Assembly (NCBI GenBank): GCA_029907465.1
Contig: JARYLV010000005.1
Coordinates: 22,231-86,230, forward strand
From: Methanomassiliicoccales archaeon
Lineage (GTDB): Archaea > Thermoplasmatota > Thermoplasmata > Methanomassiliicoccales > JACIVX01
DNA: 64,000 bases
Reading direction: 5' to 3'
Shown: positions 40,064 through 49,707 of the stretch, piece after piece
Position numbering within the stretch: the stretch's first letter is position 1
Layout: the number at the start of each line of letters is the position of its first letter
Made by a program: the position numbers and the translations under genes
Notes under the pieces: model-generated
The model's input: the letters and a program-made list of their open reading frames with translations, nothing else
Told to the model about the DNA's origin: nothing
The model's database searches: none

Positions 40064-40794
40064 AGATAAAAGAATACCTGATAAAACGCATGCGTGAAGG
40101 AACTGTCCATATGACACTCATCGATCCGGCGAAGCAGGATTCGGTCGTCGCCGCCAGAATTGCTGAGACGGCTGAACGGATTGGCACGGATGCGATCATG
40201 GTGGGGGGATCGACTGGTGTCACGCAAGAAAACCTCGATCTCACTGTTCTTGAAATTAAGAAACTCTGTAAGCTCCCTGTTATTTACTTTCCGTCCGGAG
40301 CACACGCAATTTCGAGACACTGCGACGCAATATACTTCATGAGTGTGTTGAATAGCCAGAACGTAAGACATGTCATCGGGGAACAAGTGAGAGGTGCGCC
40401 AATCATTGAGAAACTGGGCCTTGAAACAATCCCAATGGGATATGTCATAGTGGAACCAGGAATGAAAGTAGGTGAAGTGAGTAACGCCGATCTGATCCCC
40501 CGAAACAACCCTCAACTTGCCGTCGCTTATGCTCTTGCCGCGCAATACATGGGTATGGAATTTTTTTACTTAGAGGCAGGTAGTGGGTCGCCTCAACCAG
40601 TGCCAGAAACAATGATCCGCGAAGTAAAGAGGCATGTCTCGATTCCCCTTATCGTTGGTGGCGGGATTAGGGAGCCTGAAGACGCACTGGCGATTAAGGA
40701 AGCCGGCGCCAATGCGATAGTCACCGGCACAATTGTTGAGAACGGAGACTTTTCGACGAGACTGGAAAAAATCATATCGGCTATAAAAAAATAG
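40060..40794 (+). CDS. Geranylgeranylglyceryl phosphate synthase (PcrB/GGGPS family)
   Basis: HMTLIDPAK..., IMVGGSTGV, YLEAGSG, LIVGGGIR and VTGT. Confidence 0.85.
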   Translation: MKIKEYLIKRMREGTVHMTLIDPAKQDSVVAARIAETAERIGTDAIMVGGSTGVTQENLDLTVLEIKKLCKLPVIYFPSGAHAISRHCDAIYFMSVLNSQNVRHVIGEQVRGAPIIEKLGLETIPMGYVIVEPGMKVGEVSNADLIPRNNPQLAVAYALAAQYMGMEFFYLEAGSGSPQPVPETMIREVKRHVSIPLIVGGGIREPEDALAIKEAGANAIVTGTIVENGDFSTRLEKIISAIKK

Positions 40795-40955
40795 AGAAAT
40801 TATAAATCAATCTAGAGATATAAATCAATTAGAAGACAATCAACGAGTACATTTTGTTGTTTTCGATCCTATTTTTTTCTAAAGCCGGGGCATTGCAAGA
40901 TAATTAGAATTGACATCTTATGTCTGCATTGGTTTTCGATATGACAATCACAAAA

Positions 40956-41546
40956 TCATACCATCTCGATCAACATCTCGTGGATTCTCGTATCACTTGA
41001 GAGTTCTGGATGGAATGCAAGACCTAATAAATTGTCCTGTTTAGCCATCACAATATTTCCCTCAAGGGTCGCCATAACTTCGCATTGCCCCCATACTCTT
41101 TTGATTGCAGGAGCCCTAATAAAAACTGCGTGGAAGAGGCTGTCCAATCCCTTTACCATGATGTCGGCTTCGAATGATTCGCGTTGCCTTCCGAAAGCGT
41201 TTCGATCCACTTCCATGTCCATCAAACCGAGGAGCTCTGTGCCAGTTTTGATAACCTCTTCGTCCCCGACCTTCGCCAAAAGTATGCATCCTGCACACGT
41301 GCCCATAATTGGCATGCCCTTTTTGCCCCTTTCGACGATTGTGTCAAAGAGATTGAACCGCCTCAACAATCTCGAGATCGTCGTGCTCTCGCCACCAGGG
41401 ATGATCAGGCAATCAATCCCTTCCATATCCTTCTCCCTTCTGACAGGAACGGCACGACCATTGACCCCTAATCGTTCGAAGGCCGAATTAGTCATTTCAA
41501 TGTGTTCCTGCACAGCTCCTTGTACAGCAATGACACCTACTTTCAT
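40956..41546 (-). CDS. pdxT: Pyridoxal 5'-phosphate synthase glutaminase subunit PdxT
   Basis: MKVGVIAVQGAVQEH..., LIIPGGESTT, GTCAGCILLA and AFHPE. Confidence 0.9.
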   Translation of the reverse strand: MKVGVIAVQGAVQEHIEMTNSAFERLGVNGRAVPVRREKDMEGIDCLIIPGGESTTISRLLRRFNLFDTIVERGKKGMPIMGTCAGCILLAKVGDEEVIKTGTELLGLMDMEVDRNAFGRQRESFEADIMVKGLDSLFHAVFIRAPAIKRVWGQCEVMATLEGNIVMAKQDNLLGLAFHPELSSDTRIHEMLIEMV

Positions 41547-41600
41547 AACTATCGCCCTAGAACGACCGCGCGGTCAAGAATCTTTCGCATTAGCGTGGAA

Positions 41601-43112
41601 TCAACTGTATTGGTTTCTCAGATCGACGATCGACATCGTCTTCGGCACAAATTCGAGAGATCCGTTAGGAACCATTTCGATTATTGGCTCTTCAAGAAGA
41701 TCGTTTTCGATGCTTGTCTTGATCTCAGGAATACCCATAATTGCTTTCAGTATTTTCATTCGACCCTCTTCCTGATCGCCGATGAACTCGACCTTAAAGC
41801 GCAACCGGTCCCTAAATTCAGATTTCTCAATGAACACGACATAATTTACGACGCCAGAAACGCCAAGTATCGCCTCATCAAAAAGCATAGGGAAAACCTT
41901 TTCTCCCATCCCAATTTTCCTCATCATATCGAGGCGTCCTCGAATTTTCCCGACTTTTCCGATCGTCTTCAGACCACAAGCGCATGGTGGTTCGATGAGG
42001 CATGAAAGGTCATATGTTCTGTACCTCAGTAACGGCGTTGCCTGGTAATTGAGACTCGTGATGACCAGTTCACCGGGTTCACGTAGCCCTACGTGCTCGA
42101 GCGTTTCTGGGTCTATTGCCTCAACCAAAAAATCCGCATCATTAACATGGAGTCCATCTTGTGCTATGCACTCGACGGTCGTCGCTAAGCCCATCTCAGT
42201 GAGTCCATACTGGCTGAGAGCTTTGCAGCCCCATGCATCTTCGATCTCCCGTCGCATCGCTTCCGATAGCGGTTCAGCTGAAAGAATGATCGCCTTAATG
42301 CCAAGGGATCGGAGATCGTATTTGTCCTTCGCGAGCATAGTGACCCTATAAATAAACGATGTCAATCCTATCATCATCGTTGTACCTGATTCTCTCATGA
42401 TGCGTATTTGTTCGTCAATATCCAGCATGTCTGCGATTACTGAATGAAGACCCGCGATTTTACATGCACCGTCGAGCATGTATCCAGGGTCCCAACTCGC
42501 GATCGTGGGAAACATAATCTGCAAAACATCATTTTCGGTCATGCCGACGGTCTTTAGAGCGGCAGAGATTGAGTCTATAATTCTTAAAATATCATCTCTA
42601 GTGAAGAAAATTCTTTTCGTTAGGCCTGAGGTGCCAGAGGTGGTGAAAGCACGCATTACTTTGCCTTGGGAAACGCATAGGAAATGAAAAGGTTCTTTTG
42701 CAACCTCCGCAGGCTCAGTCAACGGGATTTTCGTCAGATCTTCGAAGTTCTTAATTTTCTTCGGATCGATATCCGCTTTGTTGAGGAGTGTTCTATAATA
42801 AATGCTATTGGCTCGAACGTACTCAAGCTGCTTCCTGAAGCGATAAATTTGGTACCCACGAATATCCTCCCGCGTCACCTCATCCAGGCGCCTTTTCCCA
42901 AGGATCTCTCTTAATTCCGAACTCGACTTGAAATTCTTTTTGACCTGATTGTGAATCCATTCTTCGAGCGGATATTTCGCTTCATCAGAAATATCTCTAG
43001 ATGACAGTCGCCTCCTGGCGATTGCGATTTTCAGCTTGGTTAAAACATCCACGGGGAGAGATAATATAAATTTCAATAATAAACCTTTTGACCAGGAAAT
43101 TTTGGAATTCAA
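41601..43112 (-). CDS. Adenylate-forming enzyme of the phenylacetate-CoA ligase / coenzyme F390 synthetase family
   Basis: TTSGTSGLTKRIF is an AMP-binding P-loop-like motif, with YGLTE and RYRTYD nearby. It has a roughly 90-aa N-terminal extension. Confidence 0.65.
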   Translation of the reverse strand: MNSKISWSKGLLLKFILSLPVDVLTKLKIAIARRRLSSRDISDEAKYPLEEWIHNQVKKNFKSSSELREILGKRRLDEVTREDIRGYQIYRFRKQLEYVRANSIYYRTLLNKADIDPKKIKNFEDLTKIPLTEPAEVAKEPFHFLCVSQGKVMRAFTTSGTSGLTKRIFFTRDDILRIIDSISAALKTVGMTENDVLQIMFPTIASWDPGYMLDGACKIAGLHSVIADMLDIDEQIRIMRESGTTMMIGLTSFIYRVTMLAKDKYDLRSLGIKAIILSAEPLSEAMRREIEDAWGCKALSQYGLTEMGLATTVECIAQDGLHVNDADFLVEAIDPETLEHVGLREPGELVITSLNYQATPLLRYRTYDLSCLIEPPCACGLKTIGKVGKIRGRLDMMRKIGMGEKVFPMLFDEAILGVSGVVNYVVFIEKSEFRDRLRFKVEFIGDQEEGRMKILKAIMGIPEIKTSIENDLLEEPIIEMVPNGSLEFVPKTMSIVDLRNQYS

Positions 43113-43200
43113 ACTAATTTATCGTCTCAAGAGAGATCCGAGTTGCAATTCGTTCAATTGAACGACAACACTAATAGCCAACACACACTTTGCTTCCTTC

Positions 43201-43974
43201 ATGATCAATGATATGTGGAAAGGCGCCTTCTCTTCGTTGAAAAGAATGCTTAATCTCGCGAATTCTCCTGTTGGCATCAAGATGCTCGCTGAAGCAAAGG
43301 AATTAATTAAATTCGACAATGTGAAACTTCTAACCAAGACAGCGCCCTGCCACATGGCCGCTATTGCCAGATACTATAGGGAGCAGGGGATTGTTGGTGC
43401 TTCCTCAGAAGGTGTAAGATGCGTTCTTGGTTCTTCGTGTACTGGTCTCATAAAGACACCTGACCGCGTTCTTAACGGGACTCTAAATTTGCCATTTGTT
43501 AGAGATATAAATGCGGCTGAAAATCTGCAAAAGGCTATCAAAATGATCGGAGTGCACGAGAAAAAATATAGCGCAGTTCTGATGGCACCACTGGATTTAA
43601 TGCCAACCGATCCTGATCTCATTGTCATTTATGCAACTCCTGCACAGGTTTTGAGAATGATCATCGGTTATGCGTACTGGAGGGGAGATGCAATCTCAAC
43701 GACCATGACAGGTCAAGGTAGTCTCTGTGCGGCAATCGCGAAGATTCTCGATGGCCAGAAGGTTGTCATCGACATCCCTTGTATGGGAGATAGAGCGTAC
43801 GGACTCGTGAGAGAAGAAGAAATGCTATTTGCTTTTTCAGCTGATATAACGGCGGAATTCCTTGAAGGGCTCAGAATGACAGAATCAACCGCGTCACATC
43901 CATTCAAACCTTTTCTCAGCTGGCCTGTTGTATTGCCGCCAGATTTTGATGTCCGCGCGAACGAAGTCGAATAA
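43201..43974 (+). CDS. Hypothetical protein, possibly DUF169 (COG2043) family
   Basis: 257 aa with a weakly recognised DUF169-like layout (conserved Cys/His: APCHMAA, SSCTG, IPCMGDR). It is divergent from the F390-synthetase-like gene. Confidence 0.4.
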   Translation: MINDMWKGAFSSLKRMLNLANSPVGIKMLAEAKELIKFDNVKLLTKTAPCHMAAIARYYREQGIVGASSEGVRCVLGSSCTGLIKTPDRVLNGTLNLPFVRDINAAENLQKAIKMIGVHEKKYSAVLMAPLDLMPTDPDLIVIYATPAQVLRMIIGYAYWRGDAISTTMTGQGSLCAAIAKILDGQKVVIDIPCMGDRAYGLVREEEMLFAFSADITAEFLEGLRMTESTASHPFKPFLSWPVVLPPDFDVRANEVE

Positions 43975-44126
43975 TATCGTTCATTGAGAGATCCTGAACA
44001 TAGTGTTGAGACAAGGGGATCATTCAGAGAAGCCGTATGAGAACGATCAAATTGTACTATTGTCGTCACATATTGCCAAGGATTTAAATATCAGGGTTAT
44101 CCTCAGGAGACGAGGAGGAGGACAGA

Positions 44127-44432
44127 ATGGTACTGACGCCGCACATGAAACAACTCGGCATAACTCCAGATCTTCTTAAGACAACGAAACGGGTAACATG
44201 TCCCCGTTGCGGCAAGACTTTTAGCTTGTTCCAGTCGAGGGCGATCGCATGTAGAGGATGCAGAAGGTCCGCTACGACCTGTGAGCTAGCAAGGTGTCCC
44301 TTCTGCGACTTTGAGTTCCCACTCCAGCAGCTCATCGTGTCCAGTGAACAAAGACAGAGAGAGATCTCAAGATACATGAACAAGATCGTCGGTGATTATC
44401 ACAGGAGCGTTGGCAAGAAAACCTCCCGTTAA
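44127..44432 (+). CDS. Small Cys-rich (8 Cys) putative zinc-binding protein
   Basis: CPRCGKTF..ACRGCRRSATTCELARCPFCDFEF. It is convergent with the radical SAM gene and overlaps it by 4 nt. Confidence 0.4.
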   Translation: MVLTPHMKQLGITPDLLKTTKRVTCPRCGKTFSLFQSRAIACRGCRRSATTCELARCPFCDFEFPLQQLIVSSEQRQREISRYMNKIVGDYHRSVGKKTSR

Positions 44433-45796
44433 CCTTTCTTATATTTGGAAAATATCTCGTGCCTGTACAAAGTCTTTCCGTGAACGCTGTTTATGTTGAA
44501 GAGGCAGAACGGGATCAAGCGACCATCTGGGGTTACCGTGTGGATACAACAATTTTTAAGCCTCTCTGTCTCCACATTCCAGACATCCTGGAAGGGCATC
44601 GTCGAAACGGTAAGGTAGTGCGTCTTCGCTCTCTGAATAAATCCGAGCCATGTTCCGTCAAGGTCTCCCTCATTACTGCTACTGATCGAGTCTTCGATGT
44701 ACCGCCAGAGATCGCATATCTCCTGCCTTGTCTTCTTCGCAATCTGGCTTGTTTCACGCGGTGGACCGAGTGCTCTTTGGGTCAGTGGAAACAGCGTGCC
44801 ATCTTCCATTAGAATCGACATCGATTTCGCATCGCAGTGCACGTTTGCGCAGGAAGTGGGGATAAAATTATCAGCCCTTAGTTCTCCCTTTGTCTGCTCC
44901 TCGATCGCTTTGAGAAGGTCTGGGAGGAGTACGCGATCCTCATCTCTTGGTACCGATGGGTATCTACCAAAATAACTCAGCGGTTGGAAATGGACCCCTT
45001 TGACGGTCGGTATCCATTTCTTGGCAAACTGGATGATATCTCCGATCTGGTGAAAATTCACATTTCTCGAAACGACGACCACTAGGGTGACACCCATACC
45101 CACCTTCTGACAGTTTTCGAGGGCTTTGAGTTTCGTGTCAAGAAGGTCTCTCCCGCAGGTCTTCACAAAGACATCGCCGGTGATGCCGTCAAACGAGAAA
45201 TAGAGAGAGTCTACGCCAGCCTCCTTAATTTTCCTCAAGTAGTCCAGATCCTCTGCGAGCCGAACGCCATTGGTATTGACTTCGATATAATCAACGCCCA
45301 TGCCCTTTCCCATTTTCACTATATCAGGGAGATCATCCCTGATTGTGGGCTCTCCGCCACTGATCTGCACGGCGATTGGATGCTTAACATAATCAACAAC
45401 CGTCTGAAACATCTCTCGGATTTCTTCAATCGACGGATGGAACCTGTATCGCTCGTTCGCACTGGCAAAGCAGATCGGACACTTGAGGTTACAGCCGTTG
45501 GTGACCTCAAGGACAACGAGACAGGTGTGCTGGATATGATCTGGACACAGACCGCAGACTTCTGGACATGTGCCACTATTCTTAACTGCAATCCTCTCAG
45601 GCTTCGATTTTACACACGAATAGCGTTCAAGGTCCTTGTAGTCCATAACGCCACGCCAGATAAGAACTTTGAAAGTTCCGTGATCTGGGCATGTCTTGAC
45701 TAGATAAACTTTGTCATCCTCAGCAATTTTCTCTGCGGGTATCGTCCTCAGACATTCTGGGCAGAGGCTCTCTGTTTTCCCAATTAGTTCGCTCAT
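44429..45796 (-). CDS. Radical SAM protein of the MJ0619-like family (candidate tetraether lipid synthase Tes/GDGT-MAS relative)
   Basis: The N-terminal Cys4 segment is SLCPECLRTIPAE..KTCPDHGTF. A second Cys cluster reads CPEVCGLCPDHIQHTC. The radical SAM motif is NGCNLKCPICF, with a GGEPT SAM-binding motif. The family assignment is from memory of the MJ0619 N-terminus. Confidence 0.8.
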   Translation of the reverse strand: MSELIGKTESLCPECLRTIPAEKIAEDDKVYLVKTCPDHGTFKVLIWRGVMDYKDLERYSCVKSKPERIAVKNSGTCPEVCGLCPDHIQHTCLVVLEVTNGCNLKCPICFASANERYRFHPSIEEIREMFQTVVDYVKHPIAVQISGGEPTIRDDLPDIVKMGKGMGVDYIEVNTNGVRLAEDLDYLRKIKEAGVDSLYFSFDGITGDVFVKTCGRDLLDTKLKALENCQKVGMGVTLVVVVSRNVNFHQIGDIIQFAKKWIPTVKGVHFQPLSYFGRYPSVPRDEDRVLLPDLLKAIEEQTKGELRADNFIPTSCANVHCDAKSMSILMEDGTLFPLTQRALGPPRETSQIAKKTRQEICDLWRYIEDSISSSNEGDLDGTWLGFIQRAKTHYLTVSTMPFQDVWNVETERLKNCCIHTVTPDGRLIPFCLFNINSVHGKTLYRHEIFSKYKKG

Positions 45797-45991
45797 TTGA
45801 ACACCAGAAGTAAGCTTCGTTATGGATTCAAGAGATTTTTAATTTTCTGAAGATGCATCCCGCAAAAAGGCTCCCACCGAAATTCCACTTCTCGTGATTG
45901 TGATTCTGAATCGACCAGAACGAGCCAAATATAGTTATCGAAAGCCAGAAAATTCCGATATCATCCGATGAAGATGAAAGTAAAAGGGTAG

Positions 45992-46007
45992 AGGCCGCAT
46001 TTGCGGC
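45992..46007 (-). terminator. Short GC hairpin (GGCCGC-ATTT-GCGGCC) directly after the 152-aa gene; possible terminator
   Basis: A perfect 6-bp GC stem lies 12 nt downstream of the stop at 46019, followed on the minus strand by CCCTTTTACTTTC. Confidence 0.35.
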
Positions 46008-46018
46008 CCTGAAAGAGT

Positions 46019-46477
46019 TTAAGCGCGTTTCTTCTCGAACAGACCTTCGACTGCAGCCAATGTCTTCGTTGCAAGGTATTCCTCAACCCAAGAGTCCCTG
46101 CATTTCGGACAGACGACAGCTGGTCCGTTTCTCGTGACCTGCATGTATGTCATCGCGACGTGTCCATACATCGCGGGCTCATTGCAGTGAGCGCAAACCC
46201 AATCACTCTTATCAGTTGCGTTGACTATGTCTCCCAGCATCAGTCTATGAGAATATGCGGACTTCACTGTCGCATGCTTTCTCACGAGGCCCTTTTCAAG
46301 CTCGTAGTCGACATAAACGGTGGCCTGGCCAATCAATTTCTTTGCGATGTTCCTGTTGCCCATTACAATCTTCTTGTTCGACGACTCCGCCGTCTCGATG
46401 ACGTCCTTGACATCGGCTTCCTTGATGCCCCTCTTGCCGATCAATTCCATGACTTCATTTGGGATCTTGATTTCCAT
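46019..46477 (-). CDS. Hypothetical 152-aa protein with a C-terminal Cys4 (CxxC...CxxC) motif
   Basis: WVCAHCNEPAMYGH...VVCPKCRDSW. It lies 12 nt downstream of the UroD-like methyltransferase on the same strand, so the two are a likely operon. Confidence 0.55.
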   Translation of the reverse strand: MEIKIPNEVMELIGKRGIKEADVKDVIETAESSNKKIVMGNRNIAKKLIGQATVYVDYELEKGLVRKHATVKSAYSHRLMLGDIVNATDKSDWVCAHCNEPAMYGHVAMTYMQVTRNGPAVVCPKCRDSWVEEYLATKTLAAVEGLFEKKRA

Positions 46478-46488
46478 TCTTCCTCACC

Positions 46489-47607
46489 TCACCATGTTCC
46501 ATATGTTCCGTAGTCCCTGGCCGCTTTGACCAGCGCTAGGAGGTTGCCTGGAATCGTGTACGGCGGCGTCTCGCATGAAGTACCAAGAATGTATCCCTTC
46601 GGGCTGTCACGTCCAGCCAATATCTGCGCCTTCGCCTGCTCATATGCAATCTTGGGGTTCGGGTTGATCATCAGCTTTGTGTCAACCGATCCCATGATGG
46701 TCGAACGGTTTCCGAATTCTTCCTTTAGAAGCTTAGACGGGAATGGATCCCTACCGTAATACCCGATGTGAATCACATTGAACGGAGACCAGAATAGCGT
46801 GTCCTTGAACACTTTGTAGTCGGTCTGGTGGTTGCCGCAGAGGTGATAGAACAGCTGGGGTCCTGCCCCGCCTCTAAAGGCCTTGTCAACATAATATTTC
46901 ATGTAGTTCGCTGAGTACTCTTTCACGGCTTCGTCTGAAAAGATATCATTGTTAGCAAGGACGGAGCCGACGATCAACATCGCCATGCCAAACCTGTTCG
47001 CCAATCCAATTGCCCCGTTGACCGATGTATCCGTGTATTTCTTAACGAGTTTGTGTGCTGCTTCGGGTTCAGTGAATGTCCACATGATGAAATTCTCAAC
47101 GCCACAGAGCTCGGCTGCCGCACCAACAAGGTCGAAACCGTAGGAGATCGGGACGAGCGTCATCGGAAGGTTCTTTTGCACATACTCGTAGATCCTGATG
47201 AATTCGGGCAGGGTATACCCCTTCATTAATTCATCAACATCTGGTACGTGGATGTTGTCGACCTGTCCCGGCTCAGATATGATCGGTCCAGTAGATATCG
47301 GAGGCAAAGTGTCCTTGTACTGCAGTGTCAATCCCAACTCCCTTACCCACGGAAGCGAGTAGAACCAGTGCGTCACAGGTAGTAGGTCGTACAGTTGCGA
47401 GATATATCCGACGCAGTGGATTCCCAACTCAGGCTTCTCGTAGAAGTCTCGAATCGTGAACCCGCAGGCTACCGCAGCGTGCGATAGAATAATCGGATCC
47501 ACGTCGATCCTGTCGTGCGCTACATCGACGAACGGGGAGGCGAATCGCTTATTAGCATTTGCATGCCACTTCATATCCATTCCTGGAAATAGTTCTTCGT
47601 AGCCCAT
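46489..47607 (-). CDS. Uroporphyrinogen-decarboxylase-fold methyltransferase (MtaA/CmuA-like, putative Zn-dependent methyl-corrinoid methyltransferase)
   Basis: FYHLCGNH (an HxC zinc-ligand context) plus a later GTSCETPP Cys. The length and layout resemble MtaA/MtbA. ATG 47607 (MGYEELF), preceded by a TATA-like ccttaaatat, is preferred over the track start 47682. Confidence 0.6.
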   Translation of the reverse strand: MGYEELFPGMDMKWHANANKRFASPFVDVAHDRIDVDPIILSHAAVACGFTIRDFYEKPELGIHCVGYISQLYDLLPVTHWFYSLPWVRELGLTLQYKDTLPPISTGPIISEPGQVDNIHVPDVDELMKGYTLPEFIRIYEYVQKNLPMTLVPISYGFDLVGAAAELCGVENFIMWTFTEPEAAHKLVKKYTDTSVNGAIGLANRFGMAMLIVGSVLANNDIFSDEAVKEYSANYMKYYVDKAFRGGAGPQLFYHLCGNHQTDYKVFKDTLFWSPFNVIHIGYYGRDPFPSKLLKEEFGNRSTIMGSVDTKLMINPNPKIAYEQAKAQILAGRDSPKGYILGTSCETPPYTIPGNLLALVKAARDYGTYGTW

Positions 47608-47970
47608 TATGTACCCCCAAAAAAGATTACCGCCTTTACGATATTTAAGGATTACTTTATTACTTTTGAAACAATTTTTCAAAAAAGATTGTTAAGTTGT
47701 GTTAATATGCAACATTATTCGATTTCATTTCAATAATAAGCAACAATGTTTCATTCTAGAAGATATGTCTCATCCAGCCCATTCTCCGCATTTTTAGAAA
47801 TGGAATGATAGATACTTAAAGAATAGTTTAAAAGAAAATGGAGGCGAAATGATCGATTCGTTACAAATTAATTGCCACCTTTTCGATTTGACTAGATCCA
47901 GCTGCTTAAAAATAACTCCCTCTATTGGAATTGATGGTCCCAGCACTGATCAATAAGTCTCTTTCTATAC

Positions 47971-49521
47971 TTAACCGCTCAATTCAATGGGACTTCCTTC
48001 GATGGGAACCAAGACCTCGCGATCAATCAATTCTGAAAATCTTTCTGGCTTCACGGTATGAACGGGAATGACGACTTCCGGATCTATCATGTCAATGATT
48101 TTGACTAGATCTTCAGCAGGCGCATGTCCGGAGGCATGATATCCTGGGTCGAATTTCGGTCGAGGACCTTGCGAATCTTCAACGATCTCAAACCCCCTTA
48201 TCTTCATCCCGAAGAGCGAGAGCCAATTTCTTAACCGATAAAAATCGATAGCCTGCTCTTCTGTGTAAGCCTCACTGCTTGAGTAGATATAAGTGCCACC
48301 TCTTGGCTTAATATCAAGTAATCTATTCATATCCCAGAAAGAAAAACAAACAATAAATTTCCTGGGATCCAGGGCGATGTCCATTGGGTCAATAAGAGCT
48401 TCCTCATGCCTTGTTTCAACTTCTGTTTCATAACTCTCCATTTTTTCCTTGATATCGCGATAAACCCGCACATTCTCCATGTGATCTCTACCGTCAACAC
48501 ACGAGATAGCGTCGAGGCAATAGGCGTCTTTCATGAGAACGACGAGTTCTCGTCCCAATTCTTTAGCGATCCTTTTGAATGTATCAAGTCGCTCGAAATT
48601 CCGTGGCGAGAAGTCTGCGACGATCAGTCCTTTTTCATCTGAAGAAGCGCCCAAGCACGTTTCGTAAACGGTTTTCTCGGTAATGCCCTCTTGTGTCGCA
48701 TCGATCCTCGTGCCCTCGATGATGAGGGCGCGTGGGCAGAGCGCTCTTGCTTCATTGACGAAGGTCTTTGTCTTATCGGCAAAACGACCATGCATTCTCA
48801 GATCTCCAGTATACACAATCCAACCGCAAGACGTGTTCACGCCAAACGCCGAAGAACCGTAAATAGAATGATCAGTATCGAATTGTCTAAATTCTATGTC
48901 GACATCCTCCTGCTTCAAGAGTTCGCCGCTATCGAACCTTTTTCGCAACGGACAAAAGGTCATGAAATTCTCAAATCTGTTCGTCATCGGTCCTGCAATA
49001 ACCAATTTCCTCCCCTTAAGGGGATCACTTCTTGCAACCGCAAGATATCTGTCGTTTTTTCCAGGCGTTCTCCGATTAGCATATACTACCTCATGCTCAA
49101 TGTGATGGCTATCGCAATCCCTTAAACATTTAAGCAAAGCAAATGTCATGGGCGATGCAACGAACGGTATTTTGAAATCAAGCATTGACGCCCTCCCAAC
49201 GTGATCGAGGTGTGCGTGCGAGAGGAAAACGGCATCGACCCTCATTTTCTGAAATTTTGATAAATCAACGTCAGTTGGTACGAGATCATCTCTATAAATA
49301 TTTAGATGGGGTAACTGGCCGATATGCAGATAATCATGAATTCCTCTTCCAGGCCTCGGTGCGAGGAACTCCTCGCAAAACCTGCCTAATTTCTCATAAT
49401 TAATACCGAAATCGAAAAAGACGCCATGCCCGTCAAATTCCAAATAGATCTTGTTGCCACCAATCGACTGACATCCGTCATAAACAGTAATTTCGGCAGT
49501 CAATAATTTCCCCCACCTCAA
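47971..49521 (-). CDS. MBL/beta-CASP-like hydrolase, RNase J-like
   Basis: FLSHAHLDHVG, TDHS, the beta-CASP motif C-like GYHASGHA and IPVHT. Confidence 0.6.
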   Translation of the reverse strand: MRWGKLLTAEITVYDGCQSIGGNKIYLEFDGHGVFFDFGINYEKLGRFCEEFLAPRPGRGIHDYLHIGQLPHLNIYRDDLVPTDVDLSKFQKMRVDAVFLSHAHLDHVGRASMLDFKIPFVASPMTFALLKCLRDCDSHHIEHEVVYANRRTPGKNDRYLAVARSDPLKGRKLVIAGPMTNRFENFMTFCPLRKRFDSGELLKQEDVDIEFRQFDTDHSIYGSSAFGVNTSCGWIVYTGDLRMHGRFADKTKTFVNEARALCPRALIIEGTRIDATQEGITEKTVYETCLGASSDEKGLIVADFSPRNFERLDTFKRIAKELGRELVVLMKDAYCLDAISCVDGRDHMENVRVYRDIKEKMESYETEVETRHEEALIDPMDIALDPRKFIVCFSFWDMNRLLDIKPRGGTYIYSSSEAYTEEQAIDFYRLRNWLSLFGMKIRGFEIVEDSQGPRPKFDPGYHASGHAPAEDLVKIIDMIDPEVVIPVHTVKPERFSELIDREVLVPIEGSPIELSG

Positions 49522-49707
49522 TGTTATGTCTTAGCCAACTATCAAAGTTTTCCGGTCATTTCACTCAGTAGGTTCCAAAATGACCTCGCTTCAATACACA
49601 CAAACGAAAATAGTGAATGGACAATCCATTTTATCTTGATCAGGATGAAAGCTGTTAGCCAGTAACCGGCAACAAATACTCCCCAAATCTCGAAATCGGA
49701 GGAGCCA

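Noticed and set aside
41032-41775. A 247-aa plus-strand ORF.
   Set aside because: It is entirely antisense to the well-supported pdxT and to the 3' end of the F390-synthetase-like gene. Its composition is Ser/Ile/Pro-rich with no motifs, so it is a shadow ORF.
46489-47682. Possible recoding (in-frame UAG pyrrolysine or UGA selenocysteine) in or near the methyltransferase-like genes and redox genes.
   Set aside because: All supported ORFs are continuous. I found no adjacent same-frame ORF pairs separated by a single TAG or TGA.
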